Assembly (NCBI GenBank): GCA_964398685.1 | Contig: CAYNNF010000004.1 | Location: 12,515-55,427, forward strand | Direction: 5' to 3' | Length of the DNA stretch: 42,913 nt | From: an uncultured Candidatus Saccharibacteria bacterium | GTDB taxonomy: Bacteria; Patescibacteriota; Minisyncoccia; JBAYJV01 | In this document: positions 25,742-35,086 of the stretch, piece after piece | Position numbering within the stretch: position 1 is the first letter of the stretch | How the letters are laid out: every line of letters begins with the position of its first letter | Notes under the pieces: generated by a model | Seen by the model: only the letters and a program-made list of their open reading frames with translations | Databases searched by the model: none | What the model was told of the DNA's origin: nothing | Translations under genes and position numbers: made by a program

Positions 25742-26626
25742 TTAAATTTTGAATAAATTCTGGGCGTTTTTAGTCGTCTGTTCTACGACTTCTTCAAAAC
25801 TTACATTTTTAATTTCAGCGATTTTTTGGGCCACATATTCAACATATAATGGTAAGTTTCTTTTTCCCCTAAAAGGTACGGGGGTAACATAAGGACAATC
25901 TGTTTCAACCATTATTTTCTCTAAGGGAATTTCCTTAATAACCTTGTCGTAATCTTTAGTAAAAGTAATCACGCCCGTAAAAGACATAAGAAAACCCATA
26001 TTAAGAAGTTTTTGAGCATCTTCTATTGTTCCGGAAAAAAAATGAGCAACGCCACGAATTTCTAATTTCGAATTTCTAATTTCTAAGCCTCCTCTGCATG
26101 CCGACAAGTAGGTGTCAAGGTTATCAAGCGTAGAGAGAGTCTTTATTTCTAACTTAAGAATTTTGATCAAGTCCGTCCACGCTTCTCGGCAGTGGATGAT
26201 GACGGGAAGGCTTAATTCTTTAGCAAGTTCTAGTTGAGAAATAAAAGCTTTTTTTTGAGCTTCTTTGTCTTTTCCCGTTTTTGCGTAAGAATAATCAAGA
26301 CCAATTTCTCCAAGAGCGACAACCTTTTTACTTTTTGCAAGTTCGCGATACTGATTGGCGTCAAATTCTTCGGGTTTTGACTTAAAAGATGGGCTGACTT
26401 CGTTGACATCAAATTGATGAGGGATGGCGTGGATGGGGTGAAGACCAATTGCAGCATAAACACCTTCAGAGTATTTTTCAGCAATTTGAACAGCGCGCTT
26501 ACTGGTTGAAAATTGAGAACCAACATTAATCATCCAAATATCGTTTTTAAAACATTGATCAATGATTTCATCGGCGTCATCCTTAAAAGCATTGAAATTT
26601 AAATGAGCGTGAGTATCTATAAGCAT
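25742..26626 (-). CDS. tatD: TatD family DNase with repeat-derived insertion
   Basis: IDTHAH, GLHP, GEIGLDY, IHCREA, ETDCPY. Start moved to ATG 26626. Confidence 0.95.
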   Translation of the reverse strand: MLIDTHAHLNFNAFKDDADEIIDQCFKNDIWMINVGSQFSTSKRAVQIAEKYSEGVYAAIGLHPIHAIPHQFDVNEVSPSFKSKPEEFDANQYRELAKSKKVVALGEIGLDYSYAKTGKDKEAQKKAFISQLELAKELSLPVIIHCREAWTDLIKILKLEIKTLSTLDNLDTYLSACRGGLEIRNSKLEIRGVAHFFSGTIEDAQKLLNMGFLMSFTGVITFTKDYDKVIKEIPLEKIMVETDCPYVTPVPFRGKRNLPLYVEYVAQKIAEIKNVSFEEVVEQTTKNAQNLFKI

Positions 26627-26773
26627 AAATAAAAAATCAAAACTCAAAAATCAAAATTAAGGAAAGATTAATTAAAATTAAAAAATAAAAACAACAACAA
26701 TTTTAATTTTACATGTTTTTTAAATAAGGTAAAATAGGGAGAACGCAATGAATGTAAATTAGTATAAATAAAT

Positions 26774-27121
26774 ATGAGAAAAAGAAAAATAAAACCAATT
26801 CATCCGGGAGAAGTTCTTAGAGAAGAATTTCTAAAACCTCTCAATATAACGCAATACAGATTAGCAAAGGACATCGCTGTACCGCCAATACGTATTAGTG
26901 AAATCGTTCGTGAAAAAAGAGCAATTAGCACTAATACAGCTTTGCGACTCGCCAAATATTTTAGTAACTCCCCTCAATTCTGGCTTAATCTTCAATCGCA
27001 TTATGAATTAGAGACACAGAAAGAAGAACTTGCTAATGTTTTACAGAAAGAAGTAAAAGTTTTTATCATACCTCAATCACGAATTTCTCAGAAATCACCA
27101 TCGCCCACTTTTGTGCGATAA
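26774..27121 (+). CDS. higA: HigA family antitoxin (HTH), no adjacent toxin gene
   Basis: IHPGEVLREEFL, RISEIV, TALRLAKYF, FWLNLQ..YEL. Confidence 0.92.
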   Translation: MRKRKIKPIHPGEVLREEFLKPLNITQYRLAKDIAVPPIRISEIVREKRAISTNTALRLAKYFSNSPQFWLNLQSHYELETQKEELANVLQKEVKVFIIPQSRISQKSPSPTFVR

Positions 27122-27167
27122 GCTTAATTGATTTTTGCGCTAATTGAAATGTTTTAATTTCAAAAAT

Positions 27168-27719
27168 ATGGAAAGACAATTCCCAGAATCATCTATTGTA
27201 AATGATCCTCATAAAATTGAAGGTCCTATGACGGAGGCAAAAGAATCTTTTTATGAGCTCGCAAAAGATAAAGTTAGATATTTATCTCATGACGAAATTC
27301 AAGAGTGGAATAAGGAAACTAGAGGCATCGATAGATATGTTTCACCCGCTTCATACATATTGAATTACGGGACCAAGATTTCAGAAGAAGGTGATTACGA
27401 GAAATGGGTTAATAATCTTGAGATAGTCGTCGATAGAGATGCTTTTGAAATAGATGATAAGGACTTTTCTGGCTTGATACCATTCATTCTGGAACATGAT
27501 ATATATGAGGCATGGTTAAGTGTGAAAAAAGGAGCTGCCTCTAGTTTTGATGTTAGTAAAAAACACTTGTTGTCCCTAAGGAGAGAATTTTTGCTTGCTG
27601 CCGAGCAATGTCTTGAAGATAAACTTTTTGAATGGCACATATTAATGAGATCTGATGATGAGCATAAACAAGAATGTGAACATGCACTAGATTATGCCAA
27701 GAGAAGGGCGAACAAATAG
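27168..27719 (+). CDS. Acidic hypothetical protein
   Basis: 183-aa ORF from ATG 27168 with coding-like composition; no family recognised. Confidence 0.7.
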   Translation: MERQFPESSIVNDPHKIEGPMTEAKESFYELAKDKVRYLSHDEIQEWNKETRGIDRYVSPASYILNYGTKISEEGDYEKWVNNLEIVVDRDAFEIDDKDFSGLIPFILEHDIYEAWLSVKKGAASSFDVSKKHLLSLRREFLLAAEQCLEDKLFEWHILMRSDDEHKQECEHALDYAKRRANK

Positions 27720-27761
27720 AAAGATTTTTTGCTTCCTTATTAATAAATTAAGAACAAAACT

Positions 27762-28050
27762 ACGATAGAAAAAGAAAAATCATTTCAACAAGAGCCAACA
27801 TTTGAAGCCGATAAAGATGGATTCGTCAGATTAGCGGATATTTCCAGACGATTTTTTGGTGGTAAGTAATCCCAGTATCTCAGTCGGTATGTCGATGGTT
27901 TTTTTTGAGGTTGATGATCACCCAAAATTAGGCGAAGGCCTTAGAGTAAAAGGCGATTCCGATAAGTATCACGACATGATAATCCATAAAGACGATATTG
28001 ACGAATTTATTAGAAGATATAACGATTATCAAGATAAACAAAAATTTTAA
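27762..28050 (+). pseudogene. Disrupted small hypothetical gene
   Basis: Frame from 27762 reads IEKEKSFQQEPTFEADKDGFVRLADISRRFFGGK*SQYLSRYVDG. It shifts at the T8 run 27899-27906 into EVDDHPKLGEGLRVKG...KF. No ATG start and one internal TAA. Confidence 0.55.
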
Positions 28051-28191
28051 AATTTCTTTCTCTTTTATTATGAAGGGGATATGAGGTGTTTTCTCCCCAC
28101 CAGAGGCGGACAGGCGCGGAGTTTACCTCGCTGAATAGCGGAGCTCCGAAAACGATTAATTTATAAATTTTAATCATTTATCTTTATTATT

Positions 28192-28857
28192 ATGAAACTA
28201 CTCTTAACATCAAGCGGACTTACAAACAGTTCTATAGCTAGTGCTTTATTTGAATTAACTAGAAAAAAGCCAGAAGAAACCACCTTAGTTTTTATTCCGA
28301 CTGCTAGCAATGTTGAATCAGGGGACAAAGATTGGCTTATTACTGATTTAATAAATTTGAAAAAACAAAATTTTAAGTCTATTGAAATTACTGATATTTC
28401 CGCAGTTGATGAAAAAATATGGAAGCCAAGTCTTGAAAGAGCTGATGTTCTATTTTTTGAAGGAGGAAATACTTATCACCTAATGAGATGGGTAAATAAA
28501 ACTGGTTTGACCAAACTACTACCTAAATTATTAAAGGATAAAGTATATGTAGGCGTTAGTGCTGGAAGTATGATTACCAATCCGGACTTGGCATTAAAAC
28601 TATCTCAACAAATATATGAAGAAGATATGTTAGAAACTGAAGAAATGAAAGCATTAGATTTTGTAGACTTCTATTTTCTTCCACACTTAAATTCAGAATG
28701 GTTTAAAAAAATGAGGAAAGAAAATATTGAAAAAGTAGGAGCGGAAATAAACAGACCTATCTACGTCCTTGATGATCAATCGGCGTTAAAAATAATTGAT
28801 GATAAAATTGAAGTAATTAGCGAAGGAGATTGGTTTGTTTTAAACGAAAAAAAATAA
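28192..28857 (+). CDS. Peptidase S51 (dipeptidase E) family protein
   Basis: LLLTSSG, FIPTA, GGNT, GVSAGS nucleophile elbow, PH. Confidence 0.9.
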   Translation: MKLLLTSSGLTNSSIASALFELTRKKPEETTLVFIPTASNVESGDKDWLITDLINLKKQNFKSIEITDISAVDEKIWKPSLERADVLFFEGGNTYHLMRWVNKTGLTKLLPKLLKDKVYVGVSAGSMITNPDLALKLSQQIYEEDMLETEEMKALDFVDFYFLPHLNSEWFKKMRKENIEKVGAEINRPIYVLDDQSALKIIDDKIEVISEGDWFVLNEKK

Positions 28858-28968
28858 TGTGTTTTGGGCTCGGGCATTCACCTCTTTAATTCCCCTCTGC
28901 CCTTCGCCCATATTTTGATCCATTTCACCCCGGCAAAATTTATATACAAACTTCAATATCTTAATTTC

Positions 28969-29463
28969 ATGAGTTACTACATAATTATTAGAGGTCCCTT
29001 AGGTTGTGGAAAATCTATAATCTCAGAAGAACTCTCAAAACGAATAAACGGAAAGCATTTTACTATTGATAGAGTTCTTGATGACAATAATCTACTTGGA
29101 GATAAAGAAGAGGGTTATGTCTCCCAAAAAAGTTTCAAGAAAGCAAATGAAATTGCTTGTAAAGATGCAATTTCCTTGCTTGAACAAAAAACACCCGTTG
29201 TTTTTGATGGAAACTTTTATTGGAAATCTCAAGTAAATGATTTGATTGAACGATTAGATTTTCCACATTATGTATTCACGCTAAAAGCACCTCTAGAAAT
29301 TTGTATTGATAGAGATAGTAAACGAAATAAAACTCATGGAGAAATAGCCGTAAAAGTAGTTCATAAAAAATCAACAGAATTTGATTATGGAACTTTAATA
29401 GATGTAACGAAACCTTTGCAAGATTGTGTAGATGAGATTATTTCTTATTTGCCCAAGCATTGA
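28969..29463 (+). CDS. P-loop nucleotide-kinase-like protein (AAA_33-like)
   Basis: IIIRGPLGCGKS, VVFDG, LEICIDRDSKR lid. Start moved to ATG 28969 because the upstream frame crosses a palindrome. Confidence 0.85.
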   Translation: MSYYIIIRGPLGCGKSIISEELSKRINGKHFTIDRVLDDNNLLGDKEEGYVSQKSFKKANEIACKDAISLLEQKTPVVFDGNFYWKSQVNDLIERLDFPHYVFTLKAPLEICIDRDSKRNKTHGEIAVKVVHKKSTEFDYGTLIDVTKPLQDCVDEIISYLPKH

Positions 29464-29518
29464 TGCTTTTTCTTAATAATCGCTATTCGCTCAGTTAATA
29501 GAACGCCTCAAGGAGACA

Positions 29519-29640
29519 CTGCGCTTTCACTCCACTTCATTCCGTTCACCATCGCCCAACACGGCATATCTGGTTTCGCTTTTATTCAAAAGCATCCACC
29601 CAATTGCTACGCAACTTCGGGTACTCCTAACCGTTATTAT
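29519..29640. repeat. Degenerate attC-like repeat
   Basis: 29519-29548 is 26/30 identical to 32722-32751. It is followed by GCCCAAC (RYYYAAC), internal hairpins and a distal CCGTTATT. Confidence 0.55.
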
Positions 29641-29680
29641 AATAACAAGTTAACATCTAAAGAATAACTTAAATTCCCTC

Positions 29681-29716
29681 TTGACACCTTATTTCACTTT
29701 TGATACAATATTGTCA
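29681..29716 (+). promoter_or_regulatory. abiE promoter with overlapping inverted repeat
   Basis: TTGACA-17 bp-TACAAT with extended TG; TGATACAATATTGTCA imperfect palindrome. Confidence 0.75.
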
Positions 29717-29721
29717 TAAAT

Positions 29722-30342
29722 ATGAAATACAGAAAAATATTACTTGAACAATTAAAATCTCAGCCATATTTCAATAAAAAAGCCATATATCAACTCAGCG
29801 AGCAGTATGGACTTAAAAGCACTACGATTGACACTTATATCAGTCGGTCATTGAAGCACAAAGAAATCATTTTATTAAAAAATGGGCTTTATGTACCTGC
29901 GGATTTTTATAATAAAAATAAAGGAGATATTTCCTACTTATTCTATCTAGCTAACATTCTTCGTACGCCATCGTATGTGAGTTCGTGGACAGCGCTTCAG
30001 TACTATGACCTCACCACTGAATCAATACATGCCATTACATCAGTTACTTCCAGAATTACTAGATCATACAAGACAAAGATAGGCAATTTTATGTATCAGT
30101 CTGTACAGAAAGAGTTATTTTCAAATTTTTCTTTGGTAAAAGGAAATTTTAATTTCTTCATTGCATCTCCCTCAAAAGCCCTTTTTGATCTGCTCTATTT
30201 GAAAACACGACAGTTTCGCGGGATACAGTTTGAAAACATAAAACCACTGATTGAGGAACTACGCATTGATATTGACGAAATAAGCCAAGAGGAACAGAAA
30301 AGATTTTTTGCAATGATAAAAAGCTATATAAATCATGAATAA
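29722..30342 (+). CDS. AbiEi-like type IV TA antitoxin
   Basis: N-terminal wHTH, LKNGLY, PSYVSSWTALQYY, ITSVT, IASPSKALFD. Confidence 0.88.
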   Translation: MKYRKILLEQLKSQPYFNKKAIYQLSEQYGLKSTTIDTYISRSLKHKEIILLKNGLYVPADFYNKNKGDISYLFYLANILRTPSYVSSWTALQYYDLTTESIHAITSVTSRITRSYKTKIGNFMYQSVQKELFSNFSLVKGNFNFFIASPSKALFDLLYLKTRQFRGIQFENIKPLIEELRIDIDEISQEEQKRFFAMIKSYINHE

Positions 30343-31618
30343 CCAAATTCTCATAACACTTAAAAGAAAGCTTGACGACCTTACTATGCACGAAGGAGTG
30401 GATGTCGAAATACAGCGTAATGTCCTCAAAGAAGAATTACAGTTTTATGTTTTAAACTTTATTTATCACCATCCGAAGTATAGTAACTGGACGATGTATG
30501 GTGGCTCTGCGCTTCGCATATGTCACGAACTTGATCGCATGTCTGTTGATCTGGATTTTGAAGTTACGCATTTTGTGTCGGAAGCGTTTTTAAATAAATT
30601 GAAAGAGGAAATAGAGGTGTATTTTAAAGATATATATGGTTTTGGACCAGAATTACTGACTGTTAAAATAACAATCAGCAGAGGATTGCTTTTACGCTTT
30701 CATATTGGTGACGAGCTGGGCATTAATCATCCGTCAAAACAGGTGCATGTCAAAATCGATCTCAATCATTTTGTTGCTTCCAAAACAGTGGTTGAGCGTA
30801 GGCCCATAAATCGTAACCAACTTTCATTTGTTATTAAGATTTACAATATGTCTGCGCTTATGGCAAGTAAGATTGCCGCGATTTTCTTACGCGGTCAGCG
30901 TGGAGTGGGTGAAGTTATATACGAAGAGAAAGGACGCGATATCTACGATCTTCTCTGGTATATGAATAAAAAAATTGTGCCCGATTTCGATTATCTTATT
31001 GCAAAAAAGGTTGAAGTAAAAGACCCGTGCACGCTTTTTAATAAACTTACTTTACAGATGAACAAAGTAAATAATACAAATCTCAAGCAGGATCTCGCGC
31101 CTCTTTTTGTAAATCAGACATTCATTGAAAACTGGCTCAAAAACTGGCGAGAAAGTTACCTACATCTTCTTGATGAATATAAAATTCATACATTAACCAC
31201 GCTACAAAATGTAAGTGTCCACCAAGACTTTAATACTGACGTTTTTTCTTTTGTGTATACATATAACATGAAGAACGAAGGGTCAGCGAGGATTATCTAC
31301 GATATTAGTGACTACTGGATTGATTTTCGGGACGGAGATTTGTCGATAGCCATAGACAAGAAAATAGGCAATAAGATTGAATTTAACAGCAATGGAATTA
31401 GTAGCAAACCGATCTCTCATAGTAGATTAAAACAGTATGCTACTCTTTTCTATCAGAAAACAGAAAACTATCTCAAAAAAACGAACCATATAATGCTCGG
31501 CGACACCATAAAAACCAAACTTATCAGAATGACTGCAGATAATTTGAATTCTGAAGAACAAATTGTACTCAATAAATCAACCTTGCTTTCTTGTGAACTA
31601 GATGATTTATTAAAATAA
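30335..31618 (+). CDS. AbiEii/AbiGii nucleotidyltransferase toxin with C-terminal extension
   Basis: GGSALR, RMSVDLDF, KIAA, KGRDIYDL; overlaps the antitoxin gene by 8 nt. Confidence 0.9.
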   Translation: MNNQILITLKRKLDDLTMHEGVDVEIQRNVLKEELQFYVLNFIYHHPKYSNWTMYGGSALRICHELDRMSVDLDFEVTHFVSEAFLNKLKEEIEVYFKDIYGFGPELLTVKITISRGLLLRFHIGDELGINHPSKQVHVKIDLNHFVASKTVVERRPINRNQLSFVIKIYNMSALMASKIAAIFLRGQRGVGEVIYEEKGRDIYDLLWYMNKKIVPDFDYLIAKKVEVKDPCTLFNKLTLQMNKVNNTNLKQDLAPLFVNQTFIENWLKNWRESYLHLLDEYKIHTLTTLQNVSVHQDFNTDVFSFVYTYNMKNEGSARIIYDISDYWIDFRDGDLSIAIDKKIGNKIEFNSNGISSKPISHSRLKQYATLFYQKTENYLKKTNHIMLGDTIKTKLIRMTADNLNSEEQIVLNKSTLLSCELDDLLK

Positions 31619-31635
31619 CAGAATCAAACAAAGTG

Positions 31636-31697
31636 GGGCGTATCTGGTCCACAAGCTAAATAAAAATATCAGATATCCCGAAACATTATATGAAATT
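31636..31697. repeat. Partial attC-like site
   Basis: GGGCGTATCTG...CAGATATCCC stem followed by GAAACATTATATGAAAT. The left arm resembles GGCATATCTGG at 29563. Confidence 0.45.
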
Positions 31698-31764
31698 TGA
31701 ATCGGGAACAACGAATAATAAAGTAGGGGAATAAATTTATATAGATTGCTAACTTATCAAAGTT

Positions 31765-32670
31765 ATGGATAAAAAAATCTTAAACCACTATTTGGAGTTT
31801 GGCACATTTACTAATCCTGGTTGCTATAAAGAATTTCTTAAAAATCTTCCGGACGATATCAAGGAACTGGGCAATTTAATCAGTCATCAAGTCATTCATC
31901 GCGTAATTCTCAAAGAAGGCAATACAAAAGCCAACAGAGATTTACGTTATGGTGATATGGAAAATTATCCTTGGTACAGATTAAGATGTGAAGATGATGT
32001 GTTGCCTATGGCTGTTTCAATGATTGCGGAACTATTAAGACTTGATGACAGAGGATTTTTAGTAGATAGAAAAGTAGAAAATAAAATTGTTGTCACTTGT
32101 CGTTTTGTTGCAATTCTTATGGCATCTATTTTGAAATCTAAAGGTATTCCCTGCAGAGTTCGTTCAGGCTTTGCTCCCTATTTTTTCAAAGGTAGTTGGG
32201 ATCACTGGATAAACCAATACTGGAATAAAGATAGGCAAAAATGGATTACTTTTGACGCTGATGGATTTTTTGATGGCACGATCGGTTTTGACCAGTATGA
32301 TATGCCTGAGAAAAAATTTGATTGGGCAGCAAATACTTGGCTTGGAATTAGAGGGGGCAAATTAGATGTCAACAATTTTATCAATGCAGACGGATCTAAA
32401 GGACTCATGCCAGTTCTTTGGGCAATATTCTACGATTTCCACAGTTTGATGAACAACGAAATTCTATATAATCAAATGCCGAGCTATATTTTTTTTAAAT
32501 TTGATAAACTGACGGAAAAAGATTTTGAAGAAATTGATGAATTAGCAAAGTTAATGATAGAGCCAGATAAAAATTTTGATGAATTAGTAGAAGTTTGGAA
32601 TACCAAAAAGAAATTCAGAATTCTAAATAGTCCATTGATTGGAGATGATAGCCATGTTAAGTGGAAATAA
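31765..32670 (+). CDS. Transglutaminase-like cysteine-triad protein
   Basis: VTCRF, GIPCRVRSGF, DHWINQYW, WITFDAD (Cys-His-Asp). Confidence 0.88.
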   Translation: MDKKILNHYLEFGTFTNPGCYKEFLKNLPDDIKELGNLISHQVIHRVILKEGNTKANRDLRYGDMENYPWYRLRCEDDVLPMAVSMIAELLRLDDRGFLVDRKVENKIVVTCRFVAILMASILKSKGIPCRVRSGFAPYFFKGSWDHWINQYWNKDRQKWITFDADGFFDGTIGFDQYDMPEKKFDWAANTWLGIRGGKLDVNNFINADGSKGLMPVLWAIFYDFHSLMNNEILYNQMPSYIFFKFDKLTEKDFEEIDELAKLMIEPDKNFDELVEVWNTKKKFRILNSPLIGDDSHVKWK

Positions 32671-32707
32671 ATTTTTGCTCTTTAATTTAACATAATGTTC
32701 TCAATTC

Positions 32708-32770
32708 AAACTCGTTCCTCGCTGCGCTCTCACTCCACTTCGTTTTGTTCAGGGCATATAACAGCGATTG
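32708..32770. repeat. Degenerate attC-like repeat
   Basis: CTGCGCTCTCACTCCACTTCGTTTTGTTCA shared with 29519, followed by ATATAACAGCG. Confidence 0.5.
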
Positions 32771-32831
32771 TGAGGAAAATGCCTCGGCTCACATTTTTTC
32801 ATAGATATAGTTTGTAATTCATTAAAATAAT

Positions 32832-33275
32832 ATGGAAGAAAAAAAGAAAATTGGTGTTGGATTTGGCATAATGATTTTAAAAAATGGGAAACTGTTACTC
32901 GGTAAACGCCACGAAAACCCCGAAAAAGCATCAAGTTTATTAAATGGCGCCGGAACTTGGACTATGCCAGGCGGTAAATTAGAGTTTGGAGAAACTTTTG
33001 AAAAGGGCGCGAAAAGAGAAGCATTAGAAGAAACAGGAATAACGCTTAATAAAGTTAAGGTGATTTGTGTTAATCAAGACATTATAGAAACTGCTCATTT
33101 TATTACTATTGGCTTATTTTCTGATACTTTTTCGGGTGAGCCAAAAGTTATGGAACCTGATGAAATTATTGAATGGCGTTGGTTTAGTTTGAATAACTTG
33201 CCAAGTCCGATTTATTTTCCAAGCGCCAAAGTCCTTGAAAATTATAAACAAAAAAAGTTTTATATTTCTAAGTAA
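32832..33275 (+). CDS. NUDIX hydrolase (NUDT15/MutT-like)
   Basis: Nudix box GGKLEFGETFEKGAKREALEETG; EPKVMEP..WRWF. Confidence 0.93.
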   Translation: MEEKKKIGVGFGIMILKNGKLLLGKRHENPEKASSLLNGAGTWTMPGGKLEFGETFEKGAKREALEETGITLNKVKVICVNQDIIETAHFITIGLFSDTFSGEPKVMEPDEIIEWRWFSLNNLPSPIYFPSAKVLENYKQKKFYISK

Positions 33276-33320
33276 AGTGAATTTTTAACTCTCTTCGCTT
33301 TATTAATCAAGATGTTCACC

Positions 33321-33360
33321 TTCACCTCCATTAGTTGCTCATCTCGCCTAACGCGGCTTA
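33321..33360. repeat. Degenerate attC-like repeat (left half)
   Basis: TCGCCTAACGCGGCTTA (33344-33360) is 14/17 identical to TCGCCCAACACGGCATA (29552-29568). Confidence 0.45.
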
Positions 33361-33448
33361 TAAAAAACCTGTAGTATTCTATATATTGTTTTTGTTTTTG
33401 AAAAAGAATAAAATTGAGAAGAAATAAATATTATTGCGATAGAATAGA

Positions 33449-34702
33449 ATGACAAAAAAGAAAAAGCGCGACAATTTAATTTATGACATAATATCTTCTC
33501 CAAAAAAGAGAATTTTTATTTTTAGAGAAATATCTGTAAATAACCAGGGATTCACTCTTTTGAGCCTGTCAAAGCGGTTGCGACAAGAAATTATGAGTAA
33601 ATTAGATGATAAAGAATTGACAGAAATTATTGATTATCTGGATCCAGACGAAGCAACCGATTTAGTGCAAAGCGTAAATATCAAAAGAAGAAGAAAGGTT
33701 TTAAAAAAATTAGGCAGAGAAATTAAAGAAAAAGTAGAATATCTACTAAAATTTGATCCAAGAACAGCTGCGGGCGTGATGAGCTTAGATTATGTTGAAC
33801 TGGACAAAAAAGACACATTTGAGCAGCTTTATAACATAGCATTAAAACACGAAAACGAAACAGGAAAATTTCCAACAATACTTGTTGTTGAAAATGGCTA
33901 TCTTACCGGAGAACTACCGCCCCATGTTCTTATTATCGCCAAAAGAAAAGAACAAATTGGTAAATACATTAAAAAAATTCCTTCTATTCAGTATGATAAG
34001 GATGAAAGCGAAATTGTCGCAACCTTCAAAAAGCACCCCCACAATAAAATTGCTGTTTTAGATGAAGACAACAGCATTCTGGGAATTATTTATTCTGATG
34101 ATATCCTTAAGCTTATAGAAAAACGATCATTAAATAATTTGCGTGATTTTGCCGGTGTTAGTGAAGAAGAAGATGTTTTAGATTCTGCTTTAACAAAAGT
34201 AAAAAACAGATATAAATGGTTAATTATTAATCTTGCCACAGCATTTCTTGCCGCATCAGTTGTTAGCATTTTCCAGGAGACCATCTCCTCATTCGTCTTA
34301 TTAGCTGTCTATATGCCAATAGTGGCAGGTATGGGCGGAAACGCAGGAACGCAAACTCTAGCCGTTGTTGTCAGGGGCTTGGCGCTAAAAGAAATTGAAT
34401 TAAAAACAGCTAAAAGAGTTATTCTCAATGAATCCTTTGCAGGCGCAATTAATGGGATTATAACCGGAATACTTGCTTCAGGAATAGCCATAATATCAAA
34501 TCACAGCGCTATGATTGGATTATTGCTTGGAATTGCTATGGTAGCGAATCTTGTAATTGCCGGTTTCTTCGGATCAATCATTCCTTTAATAATGAAAAAA
34601 TTAGGGAAAGATCCTGCTTCTTCGGCGACCATCTTCATAACAACAGCAACCGATATCTTTGGATTTTTCGTATTTTTAGGATTAGCAACGATTATATTAT
34701 AG
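33449..34702 (+). CDS. mgtE: Magnesium transporter MgtE
   Basis: TAAGVM, CBS pair, RYKWLIINL, MGGNAGTQ, DPA, TTATD. Confidence 0.95.
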   Translation: MTKKKKRDNLIYDIISSPKKRIFIFREISVNNQGFTLLSLSKRLRQEIMSKLDDKELTEIIDYLDPDEATDLVQSVNIKRRRKVLKKLGREIKEKVEYLLKFDPRTAAGVMSLDYVELDKKDTFEQLYNIALKHENETGKFPTILVVENGYLTGELPPHVLIIAKRKEQIGKYIKKIPSIQYDKDESEIVATFKKHPHNKIAVLDEDNSILGIIYSDDILKLIEKRSLNNLRDFAGVSEEEDVLDSALTKVKNRYKWLIINLATAFLAASVVSIFQETISSFVLLAVYMPIVAGMGGNAGTQTLAVVVRGLALKEIELKTAKRVILNESFAGAINGIITGILASGIAIISNHSAMIGLLLGIAMVANLVIAGFFGSIIPLIMKKLGKDPASSATIFITTATDIFGFFVFLGLATIIL

Positions 34703-34791
34703 AGAAGAAAGACCAAGCTGATTTAGAATGTCTGTTGTTTTGTTTTTTTATTTTTGGAAAGAGCGGATTAATGGGATTAATTTTTTGCATC

Positions 34792-34841
34792 TTGACAAGT
34801 GTTATTTGAGGAGGTAATATTGTAATACAATGTATTACAAT
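34792..34841 (+). promoter_or_regulatory. TA promoter and operator
   Basis: TTGACA (34792)-17 bp-TAATAT, overlapped by perfect inverted repeat ATTGTAATACA-A-TGTATTACAAT (34819-34841). Confidence 0.8.
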
Positions 34842-34860
34842 TAATAAGTTAAATAATATT

Positions 34861-35076
34861 ATGCGTGAAATAATAAACATTTCTTTACCCCCCATAATGG
34901 CTAAAACCGTAAGATCTGCTGTTAAAACTGGTGATTATATTAGTACTAGTGAATTTTTTCGCGATCTCCTACGAGATTGGCAAACAAACAATCTTTTGAA
35001 TGAATTAAACGAAAGCAGAAAAGAAATAAAAGTTGGCAAGGGCAAAATCTTAAAATCTTTAAAAGATTTGAAATAA
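34861..35076 (+). CDS. Ribbon-helix-helix (ParD/CopG-like) antitoxin
   Basis: IINISLP beta strand, GDYISTSEFFRDLLR, SLKDL end. Confidence 0.85.
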   Translation: MREIINISLPPIMAKTVRSAVKTGDYISTSEFFRDLLRDWQTNNLLNELNESRKEIKVGKGKILKSLKDLK

Positions 35077-35086
35077 TTGTTGTTGT

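Noticed and set aside
28864-28968. TTG-started N-terminal extension of the kinase-like ORF
   Set aside because: It crosses an intergenic palindrome; the P-loop domain starts at ATG 28969
34692-34895. Hydrophobic 67-aa minus-strand ORF as a type I toxin
   Set aside because: It spans the TA promoter and operator and overlaps both neighbours; AT-rich DNA explains the hydrophobicity
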